Notes: a model not told the origin generated them from the letters alone. Shown: positions 12,371 through 25,513, counted from the first letter of the whole stretch. The stretch is 63,403 bases of DNA, filler included, from Globobulimina sp. (GCA_003354225.1; 20 parts of 20 records of this genome joined end to end with filler, not necessarily neighbours in it), one strand, 5' to 3'. A program made the numbers and translations.

Positions 12371-12710
12371 CTTTTGAGTTAAATATATAAAGAAAGTGTT
12401 CTACCTCAAAAACATTAATAACTTACGGGTGTTAGTCCGTTATTTTTGGCGCTTTTATCCACTTTAGTTTCTGATTTTTTCTCTCCATTGCATGTCTTGA
12501 ATCCATTTAATTTCTTCATAATAATTAATACCAATAGAAGTATTAAATACAATATTCAATCTTTCAAACTTCTCTTGCTTTGTCACAGGATGCCATCATG
12601 ACTGCATTCCNNNNNNNNNNNNNNNNNNNNNNNNNNNNNNNNNNNNNNNNNNNNTTAATTAATTAANNNNNNNNNNNNNNNNNNNNNNNNNNNNNNNNNN
12701 NNNNNNNNNN

Positions 12711-14968
12711 ATTTTTCAAACCTCCCTCACCTCCTTCCACTTCATCTATTAACTCATCCTTATCCTCCTCACATTCGCCGCCACCTCGTGTTGGAATCAA
12801 ATGAAGCGGTCTTACTTTGGGTATTGGTGGAAGCTCAATTGAATCAAAAAAATCAACCCCGACCTTGGCATCAGATCCAATATTCTCACTGTCACTGTCA
12901 ACTTTAATAGAAACTGTATTTTTTTTGCGATTTTTCGACTCTTCCACAGTAAAAACAATCTGTGAACAAACCGGAGCTGCATTTAATTCCCATGAATGTT
13001 GTATAATTTGTGCTAATTCACCACTTTGCTGAGATTCATTCAATAACATTTTATAATTTATCTGTCTGCTTTGTATATGATTTAAATGAATATACAGTTT
13101 TAATTTTAATCCACGCGGAATTGTGCTTGGTTGCATCACTTCAATTAAACGGGATTGATTTAGTCCCAATACGGATGATATTTGCCTTCGAATTTTAGAA
13201 ACTTGATTTTTACAGACATGCGATTTTTGTACTATTGCGGGGCCCGTCACTTCAAACTCAATAATTGCAAAACCAGAACTATCTAACATTTGTTTTGCAG
13301 TTAACATGGATGAAATTGTGACAATGATGGAAATGATGGAAAATATCATTGAACACACTGCGATCGCATCAAATTGGCTAATTTTTATCAAAAATAAACT
13401 CTGCAAAATTAATTGTGGAAAATTCTGTGAAAATGTATATATTTTATAATATTAAATCAAAAGACATAAAAATACGACAAACCTCAAGCAAAATGATTGA
13501 ATATATTTTTTTTGTTTGATATCTGCGAAACTGCGCATTGGTTAATCCCATACTAAAATTATTCAAACAGAATAAGTTGGAATTCATTAATTGTACGGCA
13601 CTGAAAGAAGAGCCCGTAGATATTGATAGAAAATATAACATTGTCGAGTTATTTGTTAACCATAATTTGATATTATCGTCGCGCCCCCAATGCTTTCTAA
13701 TTTGATGCATTAACTGCAACATTGATACTAAAATAGGAATAACAATACATGCGATTGCTAAAATAAATAAAATAAAAAAAAATTGTTCCGTTTCTATAAA
13801 TAAACTGATATGTAAAGCTAAAAATATATCTGATATAAGATCCAAAGCTTGTAAGAGTGCCGCCAAAACTGCGAAAACTTTAAAAAAATCATTAATATGA
13901 AAATATTTAGAATCTATATATCCAAAGATAGCAGTCAATAATACCAGGCAACTAATCGCAGTCACGATATATGGAAAAGCGAGAGCATATTTGCTGTGAA
14001 CATTATTATTAACATCGAAGTCTTTAACTTCATCGACATTGCTTGAGTCAGTTCCTGTTTGTTAGTCACATTATTTTGAATCAATTCTGTGTACAATATA
14101 ATATATATAAACCTGTTACTGTTACTGTTACTACTTCAGCTTCATTGCCATCATCTGCCGTAAGTTGTGTTGTTGGAGCATCAGTTACTGGATTTTTGGT
14201 TGGGATGTTTGTGGGTTGGTGTGTTGGGTCAATTGTGGGTATATCAGTTGGATTATTTGTGGGTATATCAGTTGGATTATTTGTGGGTATATCAGTTGGA
14301 TTATTTGTGGGTATATCAGTTGGATTATTTGTTGGTCGCAACGTTGGTGCAGATGTTTGCAACGTTGGTGCGTCAGTGACTGCATTGTAATGTATTCTGC
14401 CATTCCATACATATGGACCTGAATTCCCCCCGAAAGGATATGCCAAAGCAATTCCTTCTTTAAAATCTAAATCCGCGTTTGAATCAAAAATACTTCCAGC
14501 AGAAACGCCATTTGTGACATAGAGCCCGTGGAGCACATTACGCCAAGTGTGCGTGACATAGAAACCTCTGCAATCCCCATTGTTGATGAGTGCTGGTATT
14601 GTGTTGATATTAAATGTATTTAACACTGTTAATGTGCCGACTGGTTGACATGAGGCAGTTTGTTGATGAATTAATGTCCATGAGGATGAATCACTTCTGA
14701 TCGGAGAATATGGTTCATTTATTGCGGTTGCTATATATATTTCGAATGGATATGAACCATCACTAAAACAATGTATATCAAGCGATGTTATTTGTAAATT
14801 TGTTTTGGCGCATAAATCGAACATATTTCCAACATAACTAATTCGATCTCCTAAAGTTGTAAATAATGTGTCCGCAGATGTCCTGGTTAATAACAATGAG
14901 AATAAAGTAAATGATATTATTTGTTTCGTGTTGTTTTGTTTCGATAATGAATAGAACATAAATGCCAT
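12711..14968 (-). CDS. Membrane protein: signal peptide, ectodomain, PT-repeat stalk, XK-related-like multipass domain; introns 14055-14112 and 13425-13482
   Basis: Two 58-nt GT-AG introns join three ORFs in frame; LDLISDIF and the spliced LLENFPQLILQ motif. Confidence 0.75.
14234..14329. repeat. Coding tandem repeat, 4 x 24 bp (TNNPTDIP)
   Basis: Exact unit tgtgggtatatcagttggattatt. Confidence 0.95.
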
Positions 14969-15289
14969 AATATAAATACTGCAAAAAAGGATAAAAAAAG
15001 CAAATGGTATAATTTGTGTTTCTGTGTAAGTATCAAAAATGATGTGATAATAAATATAAGTTACTGATGTTATGATTTTATTATTCATATAGCACAGACA
15101 CTTTTGTATAGGAAATAAGCAAAACAAAAGTATGCAAATCTCAAATTATGAAATATATTATACGCATTCTTTTTTAATTTTTTCTTATACAGTTTCCAAA
15201 CATGTACACGAGTGTTTTTTTTTCGTTGTTATATGAAAACTGACATTTTTAAATATATTCATACCTAACAATAACATCATATCATCAAC

Positions 15290-15525
15290 AGATTCAATTA
15301 TGGACTTTTCCCGGTCACTATCACTTAAATCCTGCCCTGATACTGTCGAAGCAATCGGAGTTGAGTCAGGATCACTGTTTGATAGTACCTCCGATGTTTC
15401 ATGCGATGGTACATTGGATGATGCAGTGGAAGGAGGCGTTGGAGCAGAACTTGGATCATTGGTTGGTGCGGAGGAGGACGATTTTGTTGTTGATGGTGTC
15501 GGTGCTGTACATGTGATTTAATCAA
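15290..15525 (-). CDS. Fragment of a second PT/PS-rich mucin-like protein
   Basis: Minus strand reads APTPSTTKSSSSAPTNDPSSAPTPPST; cut off by the junction to bacterial DNA. Confidence 0.45.
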
Positions 15526-15538
15526 TTATAGTACAAAA

Positions 15539-15787
15539 ATGTTTTTAGCAGATGGGGATGCCTTAGCATTAGATACTAATACTTTAGTATCTATTCTTGA
15601 ATATGCTTATATAAAATTTGCTAAATTAAGAAGAGTATCCTTATATGCATCTGCTTTTAATATTCATGATAAAACTTTAGAAGACTTAGTTTTACTAAAA
15701 GAAAAAGGTTTAGGTTTAATTTATTATGGAATAGAGAGTGGTTCTTATCAAATTCTAAAAAAAATACAAAAACCAATCTCACATAAA
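15539..15787 (+). CDS. Bacterial radical SAM protein, internal fragment
   Basis: FLADGDAL, VSLYAS, LKEKGLGLIYYGIESGS; very AT-rich codons, Campylobacterota-like by impression. Confidence 0.85.
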
Positions 15788-15888
15788 NNNNNNNNNNNNN
15801 NNNNNNNNNNNNNNNNNNNNNNNNNNNNNNNTTAATTAATTAANNNNNNNNNNNNNNNNNNNNNNNNNNNNNNNNNNNNNNNNNNNNG

Positions 15889-16090
15889 CATATTTTTTAA
15901 ATGGTGTGACGTTCCATATTTTCAAAATGTGTGACTTTCACCATGTGACGTAACATATATTAAAATTACGTGACGTCTCATATTTCAAAAATGCGTTACG
16001 TCACATGTATACAAAAGGTGAGACGTCTCATTACTCTCATATTTCCAACTAATGTGACGTAACCAAAACAAAATCACTGTGACGTTTTTG
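15889..16090. repeat. Degenerate ~25-bp tandem repeat with a GTGACG core
   Basis: Units such as catattttcaaaatgtgtgacttt, catatattaaaattacgtgacgtct, catatttcaaaaatgcgttacgtca, catgtatacaaaaggtgagacgtct. Confidence 0.8.
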
Positions 16091-16356
16091 GTCTTGCTGC
16101 TATGGTTTAGAGAAATTTTCTGACACTTTAAAGTAGTCCGGCCAGTCCCTTTAACCTTTCCAGCACAATGATATGTTGTGACGTGATCACTATATTGACA
16201 TATGCAATTTATTAACCATATTGATATTGTCTGTGCTCAACATATTTGAAAATTAGACTCTCTATGAACGAATACTTGTGGAGAACAAGCACAGACGTCT
16301 AAAACTTCAATGAATATTTAGTTTAATGTCATATTATATATTTACAAGAGGGCTTA

Positions 16357-18963
16357 TTAATATTTATTTACAACAAACTGTATGTTTTGCATGTCTTGTG
16401 GTTGTAATTTTTGCATAACTTTTTCAAATGCTTTCATTTTGATCAGAAATGGATTACTTTTTAATTGTTTAATTTTGCCAATATTTATTTTAGTTAAAAC
16501 CGGAATATTTTTCGGTATTTCATCCGAAATATCAACATTATAATCCATAATTAATTGATACGAAGTAATATTTGTTTCATGTTTAAAACAAGATAAATAA
16601 AATAATAACGAAAACAATATTCTTTCTCTCATTTCCTCACTATTTACAATCAATTCATTCCAATATTTCTCTACAAAAAACAATAAATTCTCCGTCATCG
16701 CATTGAATTCTTCTTTATCATTTTCTATCGGTAACAATCTTATCCAATTGAACAATATTTCATTATTATTATTATTTGTATTTGTTTCTGGCGATGAATA
16801 TCTTATAATTTTGCCAACCGTCGATATCATATTCTCATATATTAAACATTTGGACAAATATTCATCTTCATCTTGCTCTGGTTGTTTATTCTCATTTTCT
16901 TCTCGTTTAAATTCTTGAATATCATTTAAAAATTGATGAAAATATTTATAACCGGGATCTAATTTATGCAAATAACCACATTTTGCAAGTACACCCATCC
17001 CGAATATGCACGTTTGTTTAATATCATCGTCATCGAATTGAATGCCATCACATAAAAATGGATAAAACCAATTTATATATTTCTCCGCAGCCAACTGCCC
17101 GCCATACTCGATACAATCAATAAAAATGCAAATCGATTGTAATATTTCAGACTCGGAACATAAATATTTTTTATTTTTAATTTTATTCAGCATGGAGGTC
17201 GTAGCCTGTCCTAAGCCATTGTCAATAAAATATTTTGTAAAGGTCTCCCCCGACGCTTTAAAAGTATATTCAATCACATCGATAATATGCGAAATCAACT
17301 CCAGTTCCACGTCATTGGCCCATTCGATTTCTTCCTTCTTCTCTTCATCAATGATCAATTTCTCACCTAACTCGTCCAAGATTCTCTCTTTTATTCTATT
17401 CTGTGACTCAGTTAACAGACTTTCCAATATCTCACTGATTAAACTTAAATGTCGATGTTCAAAGCTCCAGATATTATTCCTCGAATCGCCAATAATGGCT
17501 GCAATTTGCCCCAAAATCTCTAAGATTGGAATGGTTTCAATAACATCGGGCTCCGTTAACAACGCAGACATAAATGGTTCAAATACCAGATTGAAAATCT
17601 CTGTATGCTCATTATTAATATTATTCTGTTCTTTATTTAATATCACACATTTCAATAACAATGGGATTATACCCGTAGCAGCTGAGCGTACTCTCGCATT
17701 GTATTGATACGACATTAACGATTTCATGACATTTGCCGTGGAGCTCACATATGGGAAAAAGCCAACACATTGGTCCTTGCAAAATTGATACAACATATGA
17801 CACGCAGTGTCCTTCTCATCCAAAGAGATGGGGTTAATACAGAATTTTGTGTCGCCGATGCCGCGCAAATGGACGGTGAACACACTGCTGTTATCTATAT
17901 TGTTTATGTTGGTTGTATTGGGAGCCTGGTCGGGTAACAATATCTGTGCTGCTTCCAATGAGGCGCTGTGTAATATGGACGGGATTATAAACTGAAAATA
18001 TTGAATAAATGAGTGGCCGATACAGCGGGATATCCGGGCAAATAATTGATTCATGTAATTATATACAATTTGATTGTCTTTGTTGTTTTTATCCGCAATC
18101 GATTGCTTATGATACGGCAATAACAAACTCATCAATTTATGAGCATCCATATTGAATCTGCTATAACCCACTGCTTCGCCAATCATCCCGATACATTCCA
18201 TAGCTTTGCCTCGAAATATCTGCGCTAATTTGTTATTCTGTATAATATCCATACAGATCGGCATAAATTTATCGTAATAAGGCAAGAAATATTGACCGCG
18301 CATGACATGGCTGCAGGAACCTACACAAGTGATGCAGTTCGATTTTAATTTCTCGTTTTGAAGGTTACCATCGGTCACCATCAATAATAATTGCTTTAAT
18401 AACATATCCGATTTATCCCTAAACTGCGAAATTAACGAATATTTACTGAAATAGGATATACATTTTATACACTGGATTAAGACTCGATAATGCGCGGTTT
18501 TATAATTTAATAATATTTTGATTTGCGAGTTATAAAACATTGAATGATACCGATTGCAAAAGCTATCCTGATAATTATTTATCAACTGTCGGACTAAAAA
18601 TAATGCGCTATGTTTGATCTCCGCTCTGACCGATTTATTTGTGGTTAAGTTTATGATTTTCGGTAATAATATATCCCAAATCGTATCATTTTCGTGGTCC
18701 AATGTCCAGCCATCGATATCTTTTATAAATGGTATAATTTGAATGAATGTCTGTAACGCAGAATAGCATTGTTTCCAATTCGTCGATTCCAATCCAGATT
18801 TAATTATTGGTTGGGCAACACTCAAAAATGCTTTGCCACTCAGGTTTGAGGCTAATTCGTTGCTCCATTGCCGCGCATTCCATATATAATGCTGATCGAT
18901 ATCATCCTCAATCACATCAAACGAGATATCATCATCGTACAATGATAAGTAATACATTGCTAA
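16357..18963 (-). CDS. IPO5: Importin-5 (karyopherin beta-3)-like HEAT-repeat protein, 5'-partial
   Basis: FRGKAMECIGMIGEAVG, LDEKDTACHML, VRSAA and FIDCIEYG motifs. Confidence 0.85.
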   Translation of the reverse strand, partial: LAMYYLSLYDDDISFDVIEDDIDQHYIWNARQWSNELASNLSGKAFLSVAQPIIKSGLESTNWKQCYSALQTFIQIIPFIKDIDGWTLDHENDTIWDILLPKIINLTTNKSVRAEIKHSALFLVRQLINNYQDSFCNRYHSMFYNSQIKILLNYKTAHYRVLIQCIKCISYFSKYSLISQFRDKSDMLLKQLLLMVTDGNLQNEKLKSNCITCVGSCSHVMRGQYFLPYYDKFMPICMDIIQNNKLAQIFRGKAMECIGMIGEAVGYSRFNMDAHKLMSLLLPYHKQSIADKNNKDNQIVYNYMNQLFARISRCIGHSFIQYFQFIIPSILHSASLEAAQILLPDQAPNTTNINNIDNSSVFTVHLRGIGDTKFCINPISLDEKDTACHMLYQFCKDQCVGFFPYVSSTANVMKSLMSYQYNARVRSAATGIIPLLLKCVILNKEQNNINNEHTEIFNLVFEPFMSALLTEPDVIETIPILEILGQIAAIIGDSRNNIWSFEHRHLSLISEILESLLTESQNRIKERILDELGEKLIIDEEKKEEIEWANDVELELISHIIDVIEYTFKASGETFTKYFIDNGLGQATTSMLNKIKNKKYLCSESEILQSICIFIDCIEYGGQLAAEKYINWFYPFLCDGIQFDDDDIKQTCIFGMGVLAKCGYLHKLDPGYKYFHQFLNDIQEFKREENENKQPEQDEDEYLSKCLIYENMISTVGKIIRYSSPETNTNNNNNEILFNWIRLLPIENDKEEFNAMTENLLFFVEKYWNELIVNSEEMRERILFSLLFYLSCFKHETNITSYQLIMDYNVDISDEIPKNIPVLTKINIGKIKQLKSNPFLIKMKAFEKVMQKLQPQDMQNIQFVVNKY

Positions 18964-19063
18964 NNNNNNNNNNNNNNNNNNNNNNNNNNNNNNNNNNNNN
19001 NNNNNNNTTAATTAATTAANNNNNNNNNNNNNNNNNNNNNNNNNNNNNNNNNNNNNNNNNNNN

Positions 19064-21006
19064 ATATTGTGACACTTTGGCACCAATCAATGAACCAATA
19101 ATATATCCAAAGCGAGTGGCAATGGTTAAAATTAAGAGCACCGGTTTTCTACGCTTACACATTGATTTTTTAATGATAATAAATTGTATTATTTGCGAAA
19201 ATGTGGCGAAAATCACTGCCATGGATAATCCTAAAAAAAGGCAAACAATGAATAATATATAAATATCATAAATCAATGTAATCGCAGAGGTTGATAATGA
19301 TAATAATACCAAGCCGATAATCAACAAATATATTTTATGCGAAGTGGAACATGACAGACATTTTATAATCAACGGGTAAAATATAAATAATATAATTTGT
19401 ATCGGTATGTAAACTAATCCATATTGCCACGGCTGCAAAATATGTTCATTTATATTCTTGTCAATAATGTACGGAATAAGTAATTGTATGTAAACAATGC
19501 AACAGTTACAAATTATAACACAGCCAATCAGCAAAAATATATATATATTATTGCCAAATAATACACTCCAAAATGAGTCGCCTTGTAATCCGTTATATAT
19601 TTCTGACGATATGTTATCAATGCAAATTAAGTGGTTATTTTTCAAAGGCGAATGTTCAGTTTCTTTTTGTGTTTGCATTTCTGCGGTTTGTCTGTACTGA
19701 TAATTTGATGCAACTGCACCACCATAAAATGGACGATGATATGCTGCGGGTTTGGGATAAATGTATCCGTTGTTATTATTGTCAGAAGATGTCATGGTTA
19801 CAGTCATATTTACATCAGACTGACTCGAGCAAGATGTTAACGAACTGTTTCTATGTCCGCATTCACAGCAAAATATAAATAAAAAACACTTTTTTATTGC
19901 ATTTGCAATGTACGAGCACTTAATGCCTAATGTTTTGTCATTTGCTTCCGATGTCTTATCCGCTGTCAATGAGAAACCAATTGAGGTCGACTCAGAGTTC
20001 CGACGGTTAGATGTGTAGCTTAATGAGGACGAGTCATGTCTGCAAAGGTCCGGTTATAACAAATATTAATAAACAAATAAAAACAAACAAACCTTGGCCT
20101 GCTGAGATATTTTCGCGATATGGATCGTTTTAAAAACGTTGGACAATCAAAACAGTGCCATTTCAAATTGCAACCATTGCAGTTACAGTTACAATTAAAT
20201 GGTGACATTGTGATGTATTTGCAGGTAATATTGCAATAATAACAAATACAACAATTTTTGAGACAAAACAATTTAATATTTTTTGATTTTGTGCATGATA
20301 AAAGTGTTGTAAATAAAAATAAAAATAAATGAAGCGCCATAATGCCAACCAATGCATAAAAAGGAAGGTATTCAATGTGTTGTGATTGAGCAGTGATATG
20401 AATAGGGAATGAATATAAAAATGTTGATAGAAATGGTCCGATAATCCATGCAATGGAGACGCTTAAATATGATATGTTGGCCACAAAATTGCGTAGGTTT
20501 AGACAGTTGTCGTTGTTGCAATTTGTAGGATTGTTACAATTGCTATAATTATGGGGTGACATATTATTAATTTTATTACTTTTGTTTATGTCAATATTTT
20601 TATCAAATTGATATAAGATATAACACCATCCAGACGTTGACATAAATGTTGTTCCAAAAGCAGTAATTAAGCGACATATTATTAACATATAATAACTATT
20701 CAAATTCCATGAAAATAATAAAGTGAACCAAATGGATATAAAACTACCAATAATCATTGGAATAAAATAGCCAAAGAATATGCAAAATTTATAACTTAAG
20801 TTAATGGACAATAAATATCCAATTGCATGACAAGAAAATAATAGTCCAACATAGATATTATAAGTCTTATTATTATTATTATTAACAATGTCACCAACAA
20901 TTGCAATGTAAGCAGAATATTGTAAGGTTTCAATAAATAAACCTAAAAATACCACAAATACTACAAACACATCTGATAGTTTCATTGCGTTGAAGAACAG
21001 CGACAT
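19064..21006 (-). CDS. MFS-type transporter with Cys-rich loops, intron 20040-20092, 3'-partial
   Basis: Many TM segments, LIICRLITAFG, IIGPFLS; a 53-nt intron joins the two ORFs in frame. Confidence 0.72.
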
Positions 21007-21115
21007 GCCTGCACAGAGAAACAAAGTGAAAGTACTGAAAAAAGAAAATTAAAAAAAAACTTTCCGACGAATCCTATAAACACATATACCCCACATTCAA
21101 CAAACCGACTCACAA

Positions 21116-22139
21116 ATGGGTAATGCAGACAGCACAGATGGTAAGAAAAAAGGACAATCAGACGATGGATGCATCGGCAATCGACGTGTACGCACAATAA
21201 TATTAGCAATATTATTTTGTATATTTTTCATATTCGCCATCCCAATGGCTCAGGCTTGGGAAGAAGTTTACCGCGATATCGCAGATGCATGTCAAGCAGC
21301 CTTTGATTTATTGCCGGGTGACGATGATTCTGCCTGTGCCATCGTAGTCGATGCTGCCAATGCATGGGCATTTGTTATGACTGGATGCTTCGTGACCATT
21401 GTTGGCTGTATTTTGGCTGTTTTATTATTTATTATCCCTAATTGTGAAAATACGTTAGGCCGCGTCGCTGGCGCCGTGTTGATCGTTGGTGCCGTGTTGT
21501 ATCTTATTGGCTGGATTTGGTGGATTTCAATTTTAAGACCATCCGATGATGCCTATGATGCCCTCTCTGATGAAGGAAAACAGCAACTTGATGCCCGCTG
21601 TATGTAATATATATTTATATTTATATTTATATTGTGTCACTTTTGTGTGGCTATGTGTGTATAATTTATAGTGGCAGCACTATTTGGTGAGGCATTATTA
21701 GCGGGCGGCGCCGCCGTATTGTTGGGATTAGACGCATTATTGCAAATCTTTGAGAATGAGGGATTTCGATTAGCGTCGAATTTGGGTCTAATTATGGTGG
21801 TAGCTGCGTTATGTACGAATGGATATTATTTACTGGTTTGTGGGGATGACACGCTTTGTGTGCAGCATGATGGTGTCGAAGCGATTGCGACTGGCTATTT
21901 AATCCTATTTATCACCTGTTTGGTGTATGTTATATTGTTTATTTGTACGTGCTGTACCTGTGATTGTAAGGATAATTGTTTAATCCGGGTGGTTGTTGCG
22001 GTATTTTTGGTGATCGGTGGTATTTTATGTGCGATCGGTTATTATGTGTTTTCGGGAGCGGATGCGGATACTGATACGGATGATATTGCTGGCAAAGTAA
22101 TTGTGTATTTTGTTGGTTATACCATATTAATTGGCGGGT
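21116..22139 (+). CDS. Multipass membrane protein, intron 21600-21671, 3'-partial
   Basis: A 72-nt GT-AG intron joins two hydrophobic ORFs in frame. Confidence 0.75.
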
Positions 22140-22239
22140 NNNNNNNNNNNNNNNNNNNNNNNNNNNNNNNNNNNNNNNNNNNNTTAATTAATTAANNNNN
22201 NNNNNNNNNNNNNNNNNNNNNNNNNNNNNNNNNNNNNNN

Positions 22240-24348
22240 ATCTTTCGAAATTATATGACGATGAAACTAAAACGAATAAAAATAGTGGAAATAAAAGGAG
22301 TAAGAAAGCGAAAGAATCACAGAATTGGATTGGTATTGAAAGCATGGTTGGAGATGATATGAATGATGCGGATGTTGAAAAAGAATGTGATGAAACAGAT
22401 AAAGTTATGAATGATAACAATAAGAATGATATTGATGGGAATACGGAGATGAAGGATGATGATGAAGGTGATATTGAGATTTTAAATAACGAAGCAATAA
22501 ATGAAATAAATGAAATCAACGATATGAATGATATGGAATATAATGATAATAATATGAATTACGATGATAATAATGATATTGGTATGGGAGAGTATGAAGG
22601 AGAAAAGAAAGAATGTGAAAAAGAAGAAATAGAAAACCCATTTAGATTTGATGAAGATGTAGAAAATGAAAGTGTGGGAGATGAGGCAATATCATTTTGT
22701 ACGCGTGGTGGTGATATTATTGCTGATAACAAACAGATTGATAATATTTACAGTCAAAATGCTGATGATTCTGTTTTATTTGAGTGCCAAGTGCAAAATG
22801 ATAAAAATAAACAAATGAATGATGAGTATAACCAGTTGGAACTGGATGAAACTGGCTTCATTGATGATGATCAATTGCTTGCCATTAATACACAATATAA
22901 TCAAGATTATAATAACGACGACGTTAAGAACAGCAATAAAGACAATAATAATGGTATTCCAGATGATCAATTTGTTGATGAAGATTATCATAATGCTGAT
23001 ACTAATAATATTGACAAGAATGAGCTTGGATTGATCGATGATGCTCAAGTATTTGATATCGATATGGAACATAACAAAAGTGATACCAAAAGCGATGATA
23101 ATTGTAAACCAATCAAAACAAAATTGCTCTGTCCACACATTGACCACAATCCGTGGGATATTTTGAATAAAAATGAAAAGAAAACAATTGAGGAATTTTT
23201 TGATTTCATGATGCCAGCTCCTCGAATGAAAAGGTTTATAAATACTACACAACTCATTAAATTCATCAAAATCAAGTATGTTTTACACTTTTATTTTGCA
23301 ATTATTTTTATTTAATGCCATGGTTTGTTATCATTCACTCAAGAAAATCACAAATGAATTCCTTTCGCGCAATGCAACAGTACTGGTCCTTTGGTGCTAC
23401 ATTAACCAATAAACTCAAAAATGTATTTGCCCAAATTGATAAAAATAGTTAAGTGTTACACTTCGTATGCAACAAAAAAACACAACACTCCCAACGTAAC
23501 CTGTTAATATCCGCATAGATGCCGCATTGGATAAATATACAGAACAATGTAGAAATATTATCCATCATAAACATCAATATGTTGAACCAAAACAACCAGC
23601 ACCACCGCAATATGAATCAAATGCAAATAATATCGTTAATACAGCTCACAGTCGGCACAATGACAAAACTGAAATGGATGACAGTGATAACGATCAATCG
23701 CTGCAAAGGGAATCCCAGAATAATAAAAATAATTCACTGGAATTGAAAATGGAATCTGTGCAAAATCAATTATCAAATTATAACATAGCTGCTACGGACA
23801 ACAATGATAAAAATATAAACAAACACTATAATTCAGATCATGATAACTCCGAATCCAATTTATCCGATTCATCAATAGATGCCATACAAGAAAAACAATG
23901 CATAAAAGTGATAAAACCAACCACTACACAGCACAAAATTGATAAAATACACTCACAAAAGCTACTTAAATGTCCATTATGCGGATCACTATTTGACACA
24001 CCCCAAGCAGTGGGAGTGCATATTGACAACGACCACAAACAAAACAATGCGCCATCTCCGCATAAACCAGCTCAAACCCAGCCATTGCAGACAGATACAC
24101 CCATTCTACATCAACGCCGCAGAAGACCCAAACGACGATTACTATCGTCTTGGCAATCACCACCAACTACAATCAAACCACACAAGAAACGTAAAAAACG
24201 CAAATTAAGCGACACATCAACTGACACAAATGACGATGACACAGCAGATATTAATATTACAAGACCTAAAAAAAGGCGAAAAATGAGTGTACTTTCAGAT
24301 GAAAAAAAGCAAAAAGATGACAATGAATTGAATGAAACAGACAGTTAA
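22240..24348 (+). CDS. Acidic low-complexity nuclear protein with a C2H2 zinc finger, multi-exon, 5'-partial
   Basis: D/N/E-rich exon; CPLCGSLFDTPQAVGVHIDNDH; basic NLS-like clusters; exon boundaries at 23275-23520 not fully resolved. Confidence 0.6.
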
Positions 24349-24352
24349 GAGT

Positions 24353-25294
24353 TTATTCTTTAGGAATCAGAGGGATTGCATGTCTTTTTGTAGATTTTGG
24401 CACAATTACTTTCAATCCCAATTCATTTTCACTGCTGGTACCACTGCTTGTTATATGCATACATTCTGCTGCATTGTATACCGATGCGTCTTTATGTTGC
24501 CAGACACAATATTTACATGCATGTTTTGCATGGTTATGATTATGATTCTGACGGTTATAATATGCGTAACGTTGTTCCAAGTCATTGATATCCAAATCAC
24601 TGACATTCACTGTTTCGTCGAGTATTGGTGTATGTGTCGGTGTATCCAACGCAATATCAATCGCATCTGTTTCTAAGTCAGTGAACCCGCCCACGATTTC
24701 AGTCGCTTCCTCCATGTCGTCCTCGTCGCCAATGTCCAGCTCCTGTGCGTTTTGCAATGCTTTTACAATTTGTTGCTTTGATTCACGTGTTTTGAAAGTG
24801 GATAATAATAATAACCATTGATGGCACACTACAATGGCTAATAAACACAATGTGATATTTTTGTACATACCGACTGCAACACATAACTCTGTGAAGGAAT
24901 TATATGAGCAAATGTCATAAATCCATGCCCCAAATATGTGGTAAATGACCCACAATGAATGGAGTATAACTGCAATAGACACAAATGGCGAATAGAGGTT
25001 CAAGTACAATGCGAATGAAGGTAATACATTTAAAATACTGTACGCTGCACAGACTTGGAAATGTGCCCATTTATGGTGGAATCCGTCCATTGATCGTGCG
25101 GTCCACTCCCAATATATTGCGTGGAGTATCACCGCCAACGAAACGAATAATGATACTGTTAAATGCACCTTTGATACTTTATTGGATAAATTGTATTTTT
25201 GTGCATGAATAGGCGATTCTGTGTGAGATTCACCCAATTCGTTATTTAAATACGTTTCAATAAGATGCACTTTGGGTGGCTCTCTGGCCGCCAT
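24353..25294 (-). CDS. Hypothetical 4-TM membrane protein
   Basis: 313-aa ORF with four hydrophobic segments and an acidic tail. Confidence 0.7.
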   Translation of the reverse strand: MAAREPPKVHLIETYLNNELGESHTESPIHAQKYNLSNKVSKVHLTVSLFVSLAVILHAIYWEWTARSMDGFHHKWAHFQVCAAYSILNVLPSFALYLNLYSPFVSIAVILHSLWVIYHIFGAWIYDICSYNSFTELCVAVGMYKNITLCLLAIVVCHQWLLLLSTFKTRESKQQIVKALQNAQELDIGDEDDMEEATEIVGGFTDLETDAIDIALDTPTHTPILDETVNVSDLDINDLEQRYAYYNRQNHNHNHAKHACKYCVWQHKDASVYNAAECMHITSSGTSSENELGLKVIVPKSTKRHAIPLIPKE

Positions 25295-25513
25295 TTTAAT
25301 TTTGACATTTTGGTTNNNNNNNNNNNNNNNNNNNNNNNNNNNNNNNNNNNNNNNNNNNNTTAATTAATTAANNNNNNNNNNNNNNNNNNNNNNNNNNNNN
25401 NNNNNNNNNNNNNNNAGACCGTGACAAAGGAGGGATGCATCGTGAGGTACGAGATGCAGAAAAAGGATGCAGCGAAACTATAAATAGTCTGTAAATTAAC
25501 CAGTTGCTCAGTT

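Noticed and set aside
14234-14329. 24-bp repeats as a CRISPR array
   Set aside because: Head-to-tail with no spacers; they encode a PT stalk
14043-14451. Several overlapping repetitive ORFs in other frames
   Set aside because: Shadow frames of the coding tandem repeat
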